From a virus (taxonomy: Duplodnaviria > Caudoviricetes): a stretch of DNA of 33,886 nt. Shown one piece after another: positions 27,354-33,886 of this stretch (within the stretch, counting starts at the first letter, position 1; each line of letters opens with the position of its first letter). Location: positions 1 through 33,886 of the IMG/VR virus record IMGVR_UViG_3300043652_000019; one strand, written 5' to 3'. The position numbers and the translations under genes are program-made. The notes beneath the pieces are model-generated. The model saw nothing but the letters and a program-made list of their open reading frames with translations, had not been told where the DNA came from and did no database searches.

Positions 27354-27623
27354 TCACTTCTCCTGGCTGGGTGGTTTGAGGGTCCGGATCTGCTCAAGCT
27401 GCCCGTTGCACTGCTCGAGGCTGGCGCGCCGCTCGCGCGCAACACGCACGGCTTCGTCGACGGTCCTCGACTTCGGCAGCGCTATCGCAACCGGCTCGGT
27501 GAGCTCGGGCGGCACAGGCACGTACACGGTGACCGGCACCTCGACGATCTTCGGGGGCTTCGGCGCGACCGGCGCGCAGCCGGCGACGACGACGAGGATC
27601 AGAAGTCCGCAACGCCAGCGCAT
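27354..27623 (-). CDS. Rz1: Outer-membrane spanin (lipoprotein), 89 aa
   Basis: Lipobox VAGC, Pro-rich VPVPPELTEP, C-terminal LEQCNGQLEQIR; overlaps the 3' end of the i-spanin. Confidence 0.85.
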   Translation of the reverse strand: MRWRCGLLILVVVAGCAPVAPKPPKIVEVPVTVYVPVPPELTEPVAIALPKSRTVDEAVRVARERRASLEQCNGQLEQIRTLKPPSQEK

Positions 27624-28006
27624 AGCTGCTCCTGCAATGTCTTCGCGCAGTCAGGATCGCGCGCTGCGCGCGCGTACTTGTCCATCCACGCCTTGAGCGC
27701 GCGATCCGCGTCGCGCGCGTTCGCCGCGGCCGCCGCAACCGCCTGTTGCGCCACGGCTGCCTGCGCCGCCGCGTCGCGGCGCTGCTGCTCGACCGCGTCG
27801 TTGGCGATCTTCACCGCCGCCGCCAGCTGGTCCCGTGCCGTCTCGGCGCGCACGCGCGAAATCTCCGCCGCGGCAGCGATCTTCGCCCCAGCAGCCTCCC
27901 CGGCTTTCTCGCCTTGCGCGTAAACCTTGTGATGGGCGAACGCCACCAGCGCGAGGACGGCTGCAAGTGCAGCGGCGTACGCATAGAGCTTCACCGTTCC
28001 GATCAT
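27599..28006 (-). CDS. Rz: Inner-membrane spanin, 135 aa
   Basis: N-terminal TM (YAYAAALAAVLALVAFA), Ala-rich coiled coil, C-terminal Cys pair. Confidence 0.82.
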   Translation of the reverse strand: MIGTVKLYAYAAALAAVLALVAFAHHKVYAQGEKAGEAAGAKIAAAAEISRVRAETARDQLAAAVKIANDAVEQQRRDAAAQAAVAQQAVAAAAANARDADRALKAWMDKYARAARDPDCAKTLQEQLCAGVADF

Positions 28007-28221
28007 GGGTTCTTCACCTTGGCTGCCGTGCTCACCACCCAGCCGGTCGCTACGACGGCGCCGACCTGGCCGAGCATGTAGGCCGCCACGGTCCACGTGG
28101 TCGCGCTCACCCACTGGGCCCCATCGAGGCGCCCCAGCCACAGCAGGCCGGTGGCCGAGCCGATGACCAACAGCGCGACGGCCAGCTTGCTCTTGTCGCT
28201 GGCAATGACGGGATCAGCCAT
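28003..28221 (-). CDS. Small two-TM membrane protein (holin/antiholin-like), 72 aa
   Basis: MADPVIASDKSKLAVALLVIG...TVAAYMLGQVG; ATGA overlap with the i-spanin. Confidence 0.7.
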   Translation of the reverse strand: MADPVIASDKSKLAVALLVIGSATGLLWLGRLDGAQWVSATTWTVAAYMLGQVGAVVATGWVVSTAAKVKNP

Positions 28222-28234
28222 TAGCGACCTTCCC

Positions 28235-28396
28235 TCACAGCAGCAGCGCCAGGCAGGTAGCCCAGAATGCGGCGTAGAACCAGAACGCGCTGCCGCCCGG
28301 ACCGTTCTCTTTGATGATCGAGACCAGGATCGCAATGATCCCGAGGATCAGGACGACAATGAAGGCAGTCAGCGGAGGAATCAGGGTCGTGTGCAT
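28235..28396 (-). CDS. 53-aa two-TM membrane protein (absent from the ORF track)
   Basis: MHTTLIPPLTAFIVVLILGIIAILVSIIKENGPGGSAFWFYAAFWATCLALLL; GAGGAA RBS. Confidence 0.7.
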   Translation of the reverse strand: MHTTLIPPLTAFIVVLILGIIAILVSIIKENGPGGSAFWFYAAFWATCLALLL

Positions 28397-28453
28397 GGTT
28401 CGTTCCTCATGTGCAGTACGCGTTGGAATCGCTCGCGCGGCGCCGAATGCGGC

Positions 28454-29119
28454 CTATGGGATGACACACTCCACGCCGCGCCCGTACCCGCCAGCGACGT
28501 ACACCGGTGTCAGGCCCAGCAGGATCACGCGGGGATAGCCGCGGTTCTCGGTGAACGCCCACTTCGCGCGGCGCGAATGCAGTTCGACGTTGCCGAACCA
28601 GCGATCAGCGACGCAGCACTCGCACGTCGCGCCATCGACAGGCCACGTGCGGCACATCTGGATGTCTTTCTGCAAATTTCCAGCGCCGCCGTTGTAGCTG
28701 CTCAGGCCGAACGCCCACGTGTCGCACTCGGTGCGGCCCTGGGACGCTCGTGTCAGGTCGTGCATGTACCGCGCCTGCGCCTTCAGCGCCCACGACGCGT
28801 TGGTCGGGTCTGCCGCGCCGAGTTCGGTCGGATACAGGCGAGCCATATCCCGTGCCGTCGATGGCATGAACTGCGCCAAGCCGCTCGCACCTACGGGCGA
28901 TGTTGCTGCCGGCCGGCAGCCCGATTCCTGATGGATCTGCGCCGCGAGCGTCGCGACCGGCGCGTCGATGCCGAAGAGGTTGTACGCCTCGCTGGTGATC
29001 TGGCGTTGGTACTGGCGGCACCGCTCCGGCACGCCGGCGTGCGCCATGCGCACGTACGCGCACGCCGCCAGCGCCACGAACCAGACCACGAGCGCGGCAC
29101 CGGCGAGGAAGCGGCGCAC
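28454..29119 (-). CDS. Endolysin, SLT-type lytic transglycosylase with N-terminal signal/SAR segment, 221 aa
   Basis: AAQIHQESG (catalytic Glu), GASGLAQFMP, SSYNGGAG, ENRGYP; hydrophobic N-terminus; GTG at 29119. Confidence 0.9.
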   Translation of the reverse strand: MRRFLAGAALVVWFVALAACAYVRMAHAGVPERCRQYQRQITSEAYNLFGIDAPVATLAAQIHQESGCRPAATSPVGASGLAQFMPSTARDMARLYPTELGAADPTNASWALKAQARYMHDLTRASQGRTECDTWAFGLSSYNGGAGNLQKDIQMCRTWPVDGATCECCVADRWFGNVELHSRRAKWAFTENRGYPRVILLGLTPVYVAGGYGRGVECVIP

Positions 29120-29120
29120 G

Positions 29121-29432
29121 TCACACCGCCAGGCAGACGGCGAGGATCGTTCCGGTGACCACGATCGCACGCGCGAGGTGCATCATCGCGAACGTGGTCG
29201 TGTCGACCGGGAAGCCCACCGCGACGCCCTTGCTCGGGTCGATCCGGCAGATGTCGCGGCTGATGCGGTAACCGCCCCACGCGCCGGTGGCGACCTTGAG
29301 GCATGCGCCGAGCCAGCGCTGGGCGTACTCGTTCAGGCCGAAATCCGCCGCGTGCCCGATCAGCAGCGCGCCGACCACGCCCACGCACAGCCACAGCAGG
29401 CCGCGGCTGAATTCCCGGTCGCGCAGCTTCAC
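29121..29432 (-). CDS. Putative holin, 103 aa
   Basis: Three hydrophobic segments, GAWGGYRISR and RAIVVTGTILAVCLAV patterns; immediately before the endolysin. Confidence 0.75.
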   Translation of the reverse strand: MKLRDREFSRGLLWLCVGVVGALLIGHAADFGLNEYAQRWLGACLKVATGAWGGYRISRDICRIDPSKGVAVGFPVDTTTFAMMHLARAIVVTGTILAVCLAV

Positions 29433-29590
29433 GCCGCCGGCGGCCTCTGGCCGCGCAGCGCCGCGACGCGGCGCTCGAGGTAGGCCGCGACGGCCTTGGC
29501 GACGTCACCCTGCGGCAGGTGGAGCGCCAGGGCGCACAGCAGAACACCGGCCACGGTGCCGATCGCGACGTAGGTCAGATTGCCGATCAT
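29429..29590 (-). CDS. Small single-TM protein, 53 aa
   Basis: ATG at 29590 after GAGGAA; YVAIGTVAGVLLCALAL; GTGA overlap with the holin. Confidence 0.6.
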   Translation of the reverse strand: MIGNLTYVAIGTVAGVLLCALALHLPQGDVAKAVAAYLERRVAALRGQRPPAA

Positions 29591-29616
29591 GGGGAGTTCC
29601 TCGGTTGTTGTGGGGG

Positions 29617-29919
29617 TCAACGCAAGCGGCGCACTTGCTCAAGCTCGTTGAGGCGGCGCTCGTGCTCGTCCAGACGCACTTCGATCTTTGCCATGCCGCG
29701 CGCGATCTGCGGCACGTCGTTCAGCTGCACGCGCAGATTTGACATGTCGTCGCGCACCGCGCTCATCTGCACGTCCATTCGTGTTGCGAACTTCGCCTGC
29801 TCGCTCATCGACTGGTATAGAACGATGATGGCCGTGAGAATCAGCGCTTCCAGCACTGTACGAACCGACTGCCAGTTGCGCTGGCCGGAGGCGGGTGCTG
29901 ACTGTTCGGCGTTCGACAT
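29617..29919 (-). CDS. Membrane protein with N-terminal TM and coiled coil, 100 aa
   Basis: VLEALILTAIIVLY then heptads ending RLDEHERRLNELE; first gene after the tRNA. Confidence 0.7.
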   Translation of the reverse strand: MSNAEQSAPASGQRNWQSVRTVLEALILTAIIVLYQSMSEQAKFATRMDVQMSAVRDDMSNLRVQLNDVPQIARGMAKIEVRLDEHERRLNELEQVRRLR

Positions 29920-29946
29920 GGTCGGTTGTGCTCGTGCGCGTGAGAT

Positions 29947-30019
29947 TGGTAGCGGGCACTGGAATCGAACCAGTTTGCAGCCGGCTTATGAGACCGGCGC
30001 CGTTCCAAACGAACCCGCT
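29947..30019 (-). tRNA. tRNA(CAT), Met/initiator-like (Ile2 not excluded), shortened D-arm
   Basis: AGCGGGT/GCCCGCT acceptor stem with encoded ACCA; anticodon arm CCGGT-CTCATAA-GCCGG; T-arm ACTGG-TTCGATT-CCAGT; 73 nt. Confidence 0.8.
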
Positions 30020-30340
30020 GAAGATGGGCGCACCCTTGCGGGCACGCACATGCTGGGTTCATGCAGCCCGGAGACAGACGCGTCGGCGCGCGCGGCACCC
30101 GCCGCACACCCTCGGCATCCGGTTCGCAACGCGAACAGGCCGCGGCCCAGCTGCCAGCGGTTATTCCGGGGCAATGATTCCCGGTCCCCCTCCCCAGGCA
30201 TCCCTCTGGCTGGCCTGGGATGCGGGCGCGACGGCCGCCACTCCTGAAAAGAGCCGCCGCGCCGCAAAGGTTGGCCGGCGGCGCGCAGGGGCGCGGTTGG
30301 GTCCGCCGGCCAGCGCCGTGGGAAGGCGCTTTTCGATCCG

Positions 30341-30372
30341 CAGAAACGCAGAAACCGCCTCGCGGCGGTTTC
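30341..30372 (-). terminator. tR'-like intrinsic terminator at the head of the late operon
   Basis: GAAACCGCC-GCGA-GGCGGTTTC followed by TGCGTTTCTG; position matches lambdoid late terminators. Confidence 0.75.
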
Positions 30373-30453
30373 GTGGGCTCGTCACATGTGGGCACATGTG
30401 CGGCGGTTTTCCTCGCCGATCAGGCGGCAAGGGGAGTTTTTCGACAATGGCGA

Positions 30454-30483
30454 ATCATTCACTCAAACCCCTGCCCGCGTCAA
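30454..30483 (-). promoter_or_regulatory. Candidate late promoter (pR'-like)
   Basis: TTGACG-N18-AATGAT about 80 nt upstream of the terminator; the -10 match is weak. Confidence 0.35.
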
Positions 30484-30948
30484 GTGTTGTCCGCCTTTTG
30501 CCTTCCTGCTCTTTTTCGCGGTGAGCGCGGCGAAGGCGTTGACTTGCTCGGCTGTGATCCTTTGCCACGTCAACATCCAGCCCGTGTGGCGCGAGAACAC
30601 CATCTTCGTGACACCGTGGAACGCCTGCTTGTCGGCCTTGTCGGCAAGATTGAAGGCGAACCATTCGCCGGACTCGCACCGATCAGCGAATATCTTGTGG
30701 AGCGCCGACTCGATCGCGTACGCGGTCTCTCGCTTCCCGGCCCCAGCCCACAACGTCACCTGTATCGGGTATGGACACCCCGCGCGCAGCGAACCAATGC
30801 GGTTGTACACGTCGCAGGAGACACCGATCTTCACCAGCGCATCGCCGGCTTCCCCGCGTGGGGCGAATGCAGCGTAGACGCCCCAGTCCCTGTTCCAATC
30901 GCGGGGGTAGCCTTGCTTGTCGTACGCCTCGACTCTAAAGCCGCCCAT
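30463..30948 (-). CDS. T5orf172/MUG113 (GIY-YIG-like) domain protein, 161 aa
   Basis: GVY...VKIGVS...RIGSLRAGCP...IESALHKIF...GEWF. Confidence 0.8.
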   Translation of the reverse strand: MGGFRVEAYDKQGYPRDWNRDWGVYAAFAPRGEAGDALVKIGVSCDVYNRIGSLRAGCPYPIQVTLWAGAGKRETAYAIESALHKIFADRCESGEWFAFNLADKADKQAFHGVTKMVFSRHTGWMLTWQRITAEQVNAFAALTAKKSRKAKGGQHLTRAGV

Positions 30949-30951
30949 CCG

Positions 30952-31536
30952 CTACCCCTCATCCCCGACAATCAGCAGCCGCACGCGCTTTCCGATCATG
31001 TCGGCAGGCAAGTCGATTTGCGCGGCGGCGCGTTCACCTTCTTCCTCGCAGATCATGGCCTCGACCGCGACGAAAACCGGCGCCCCCGCAATCCTCGCCT
31101 TGAGCGCGGCGAGTTCGACCTGTACGGTTTGCAGGGCGCCGTCGCAAAACGCCAGCCTGGATTCGGATTCGGCGTACCGTTTTTCGAGCGCTGCGATCGT
31201 CGCATCGCGCGCACGCGCTCTTGCCGCCGCGCCTTCACCGTAGTTTTCCCAGTCAGCGAGTTTTTCGCGGAGACGTTCGTTCTCCGCCTCAAGCTCCGCG
31301 TTGTCGCAATGCGGACACTTCACTTTCTGCGATCCGTGCTCGCCGGATAGCGTGATGGTGCTCTGGTCTACTGGCTCCTGCGCACTCGGTCGCTCGGCAA
31401 GCTCCGACGGCGAATCGTCCGCGCCGCGCGTGGCGATTGCCGCAACGCCGACCGTTGGTACGTCGGCAGGACGCCAGATCAGGTCGCAGACGTGACACAG
31501 GTGCGAGCGGTGCGGCGGATTCGTCCACCCTACCAC
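30952..31536 (-). CDS. Mosaic accessory protein, probably N-terminally truncated
   Basis: Starts abruptly at WTNPPHRSHLCHVCDLIWRPADVPT; second CPHC and a coiled coil follow; start codon uncertain. Confidence 0.55.
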   Translation of the reverse strand: MVGWTNPPHRSHLCHVCDLIWRPADVPTVGVAAIATRGADDSPSELAERPSAQEPVDQSTITLSGEHGSQKVKCPHCDNAELEAENERLREKLADWENYGEGAAARARARDATIAALEKRYAESESRLAFCDGALQTVQVELAALKARIAGAPVFVAVEAMICEEEGERAAAQIDLPADMIGKRVRLLIVGDEG

Positions 31537-31601
31537 GGCTTCGGCAGTCGCCAGCCGAGGAAGCGGTTCACCATGTATCGCACGAGCGAATCGCTTACCA
31601 C
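31530..31601 (-). pseudogene. 23-codon remnant of a phage accessory gene
   Basis: MVSDSLVRYMVNRFLGWRLPKPW then TAG; GAGGAGG RBS. Confidence 0.45.
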
Positions 31602-31903
31602 GGCCGATCCTCCTCGATGATTTCGCGCCGCGACTTGTATGCGCCGCACGTCAGGCAGCTCCAACCGTCAGGGTATTTGTCCCAATCGTGACCGTTGGCA
31701 TCGCAGTATTCCTCCGGAGTCGCCTTCAAATCCGGCGCCTGTTGGGAGGCCCTGCTCGCCTCGGGCTGCGCCTTGGCGGCGTCGTGAGCGGCGATTGCTT
31801 CGCGAGCGTAAGCGCGCATTTGTTTGATGGTGTACGTTTCATAAATAGCCGGGCGCGGCAACTCCGGCAACGCATCGGCAAGCTGGTCTGTGATGTTCGG
31901 CAT
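31595..31903 (-). CDS. Accessory protein with C-terminal Cys/His cluster, 102 aa
   Basis: LPELP...YTIKQMRAYAREAI motif common in phage accessory genes; C....H.W...CLTCG; AAGGGG RBS. Confidence 0.65.
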   Translation of the reverse strand: MPNITDQLADALPELPRPAIYETYTIKQMRAYAREAIAAHDAAKAQPEASRASQQAPDLKATPEEYCDANGHDWDKYPDGWSCLTCGAYKSRREIIEEDRPW

Positions 31904-31916
31904 TGACAGATCCCCT

Positions 31917-32588
31917 TCAGTGCCCGGTGCGCACATGGCCGAGGTACACGATCGAGCTACCGGTGGTCAGGTGATCGTCGTGGAACCGGATGTTCGCGTA
32001 GTGGCGGCCCGGAGCGAGGCGGCAGTAGCTCGGGTTCGTGTTGTGCATATCCGTCGTCCAGTGCCCGATGTCGCTCAGGTTGGCGGGGCTGTTGGTGTCG
32101 TGCGGCAGCAGGTTCGAGAAGTCGCCTTTCACGGAACTGAAGCCGAAGTCGATCGGGTACGGGCCGAACGGGTTGTCGCCGCGGTGGAACCAGCCGAACA
32201 TCGGCGGCACGTTGGCCGGCACGTCGAACGCGGCGGCGATGTACTGCCCGTGGTTGAGCAGGATCGACGGGCCGCTGGCGGTTGTGAGCGGGCCCGGGAA
32301 CGGCAGGCGTAGCGCGTGCGCGTTCGCGGTGCCAGCGCCCCACAGGTGTTCCCACAACGTCAGCGCCGACCAACGCTGGTCGCCTTGGCCGATGCCCCAC
32401 GAGATATAGCCCTCCGTCTGCTGGATGCCCTGCGCCGGTGGCGGTGGCGGTGGCGGGGGCGTAGTCGCGCACGCGCCGGCGCGCCAGTTCGCGACAGATA
32501 GCGTGCTGCCGTCGGGGTTGGTGGTCACGTCGCCGCAGATCGCGGCCATGCCGTTGATGGGCGGGTTGAACTGCAGGGTCTTGCTCAT
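31917..32588 (-). CDS. Poly-Pro-linked protein, paralogue of 6694..7362, 223 aa
   Basis: ATG at 32588 after AAGGA (MSKTLQFNPP); Pro8 linker; motifs shared with 6694..7362. Confidence 0.75.
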   Translation of the reverse strand: MSKTLQFNPPINGMAAICGDVTTNPDGSTLSVANWRAGACATTPPPPPPPPAQGIQQTEGYISWGIGQGDQRWSALTLWEHLWGAGTANAHALRLPFPGPLTTASGPSILLNHGQYIAAAFDVPANVPPMFGWFHRGDNPFGPYPIDFGFSSVKGDFSNLLPHDTNSPANLSDIGHWTTDMHNTNPSYCRLAPGRHYANIRFHDDHLTTGSSIVYLGHVRTGH

Positions 32589-32611
32589 CGTCTCGTCCTT
32601 TGGTTTGGGGT

Positions 32612-33655
32612 TCACCGCTTCAGCGCAAGCACGCCGGGACGACGTGCGCGGTGCAGCACGTCCTGGCACAGCAGATCCACGTCCATCGCGTAGCTGTCGG
32701 CGTCGCGATCGTCCACCTCGGCCGCGCTGGCGTCGGTCCAGACCTGTATCTCGCCTGTCGCCGTCACCGAGACCGCGCGCACCTTGTCGTGCAGCGGGTG
32801 TTCCACGGCAGCCAGGCTGAAGAGGAAGCGCACCGCGTCGGCGGCGGCGGTGTTGGCCGCTGCCTCGAGGAAGGCGCTGGTCTGGTGCAGCAGCCAGCGA
32901 TACATCTCGCGGAGCATGCGCGCGTCCCGCGCGGCCTTGCCCAGGTTGCGCCGGCGCGCGGGCGCGACCAGGTCGTGAAACGCGTCGTAGAGCGCGATGC
33001 GCGCGCGGTACGTGTTCGGTGGATCGACGATGCCGCGGTACTCGCGCTGCGCGCGCAGGTGGCACAGCAGCGGGCCGTGCGCCATGCGCTGCACCTTGGG
33101 AAATTCGCCTGGACGCTGGCAGGCCATCGCCATCGCCACCGCGGCGCCGAGCGGGTTCCCGCGCTGCGTGGCGGTGTCGAGGCAGACCGCGCCGATCGCG
33201 TGCGCAATATCCAGCGGCGTCACCGGCGTCGCGCTCGAGCCGCCGGGCTGGCGCGGCGAGCGGAACGTCGATCGTCCAGCCATGCGCGCGAGGATCTCGA
33301 TCGGTTCCGGCCGGCCATCGCTGCGCGGATCCAGTCGCTTCTTGCCGCGGCGGGTCAGCAGCGCGGTGGCGGCCGGCGACGGCGGCGGGCGCGCGCCGGC
33401 GGGCAGGTGCATCGCCTGCTCTCCCGGCACGCACCACACCAGGCGCGCGCGATCGGTGTGGCTTTCGTACCCGCGCATGCCAGGCACGTCGATGACCACG
33501 CAGTGCACCAGCGAGCGCTTTGCCATGTTGCGCAGGCGCAGCGCCACCGCATCGCAGTCCAGCTGCAGGCGGACCGCCAGGTCGCCGAGCGCCATCGGCT
33601 TCGCGATCAGCGCGGCCATGATCTCGAGGACGCCGTTGACGGCCCGCTGCTTCAA
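32612..33655 (-). CDS. Putative DNA-binding regulator (N-terminal winged-HTH-like region; possible late antiterminator), up to 347 aa
   Basis: PMALGDLAVRLQLDCDAVALRLRNMAKRSLV is HTH-like; helical C-terminal domain; TTG start overlaps the HNH stop. Function inferred from position only. Confidence 0.45.
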   Translation of the reverse strand: MKQRAVNGVLEIMAALIAKPMALGDLAVRLQLDCDAVALRLRNMAKRSLVHCVVIDVPGMRGYESHTDRARLVWCVPGEQAMHLPAGARPPPSPAATALLTRRGKKRLDPRSDGRPEPIEILARMAGRSTFRSPRQPGGSSATPVTPLDIAHAIGAVCLDTATQRGNPLGAAVAMAMACQRPGEFPKVQRMAHGPLLCHLRAQREYRGIVDPPNTYRARIALYDAFHDLVAPARRRNLGKAARDARMLREMYRWLLHQTSAFLEAAANTAAADAVRFLFSLAAVEHPLHDKVRAVSVTATGEIQVWTDASAAEVDDRDADSYAMDVDLLCQDVLHRARRPGVLALKR

Positions 33656-33886
33656 AGCGTGCCGCCTTTGTGGAATTCGCGTTTCTTGGCGATGTATGCG
33701 GCGCTAGCTTCTTCTACTGTGTCGAATGTCCCCAATTCAATACTTACCCGGCCGCAGCGTATTCGCGCACGCCAAGGCTTGGCCTCACCTGCACACGTCC
33801 TACTAACGCCAATCGCACCGCTACTATTTGTCTTATAGGCGGCTCTCTTATTTTGTGCGTTTAACTGATGCGCCACGTCCCTGAGA
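33652..33886 (-). CDS. HNH-AP2 homing endonuclease, C-terminal part (5' end outside the window)
   Basis: LRDVAHQLNAQN (end of HNH), NSSGAIGVS, WRARI, LGTFDTVEEASAAY (AP2-like); clearly lower GC. Confidence 0.85.
   Translation of the reverse strand, partial: LRDVAHQLNAQNKRAAYKTNSSGAIGVSRTCAGEAKPWRARIRCGRVSIELGTFDTVEEASAAYIAKKREFHKGGTL

Noticed and set aside
29947-30019. tRNA as an attachment site or prophage boundary
   Set aside because: Phage genes continue on both sides, no integrase is adjacent and no duplicated 3' end was seen.
29920-30180. Theta/HDV-like or twister ribozyme beside the tRNA
   Set aside because: The 27 nt downstream of the CCA are too short, and I could not match the conserved catalytic core of either class upstream.
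31530-31532. TAG read-through or stop-codon reassignment
   Set aside because: Read-through gives only a short uninformative extension, TAG ends several other genes normally, and no suppressor tRNA is present.
32436-32460. Short GGT/GGC and CCG runs (also 8010-8031) as DNA tandem repeats
   Set aside because: They simply encode poly-Pro and poly-Gly with mixed synonymous codons.
1-33886. CRISPR array, diversity-generating retroelement, retron or integrase
   Set aside because: No regularly spaced repeats, no template/variable repeat pair noticed by eye, and no reverse transcriptase or recombinase motifs in the window.

Overview
GC-rich late region of a tailed dsDNA phage or prophage, with essentially all real genes on the minus strand and many coupled by overlapping stop/start codons. 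In transcription order (right to left) it holds: the 3' end of an HNH/AP2 endonuclease; a possible late regulator; mosaic accessory genes; a T5orf172/GIY-YIG-like gene; a late promoter/terminator region with a structured leader and an atypical tRNA(CAT); an unusually gene-rich lysis cassette (holin, SLT endolysin, extra membrane proteins, spanins); TerS, TerL, portal, scaffold, an N4-gp56/DUF4043-type major capsid protein, decoration and adaptor genes; a long fibre/short-tail module; and internal (ejection) proteins that run off the left edge. The head module order resembles 933W/F116-type temperate podoviruses. No tape measure, integrase, CRISPR array or reverse transcriptase was seen. The strongest leads are: (i) two distant paralogues of a host-like Cys-containing protein, one with a signal peptide and a DRIDADGFD motif inside the tail operon; (ii) a capsid-decoration-like domain reused at the C-termini of two fibre-region proteins; (iii) tandem pseudoknot-like elements before the capsid gene; (iv) a tRNA with a shrunken D-arm behind a structured leader. 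All family assignments come from reading motifs by eye, not from database searches.
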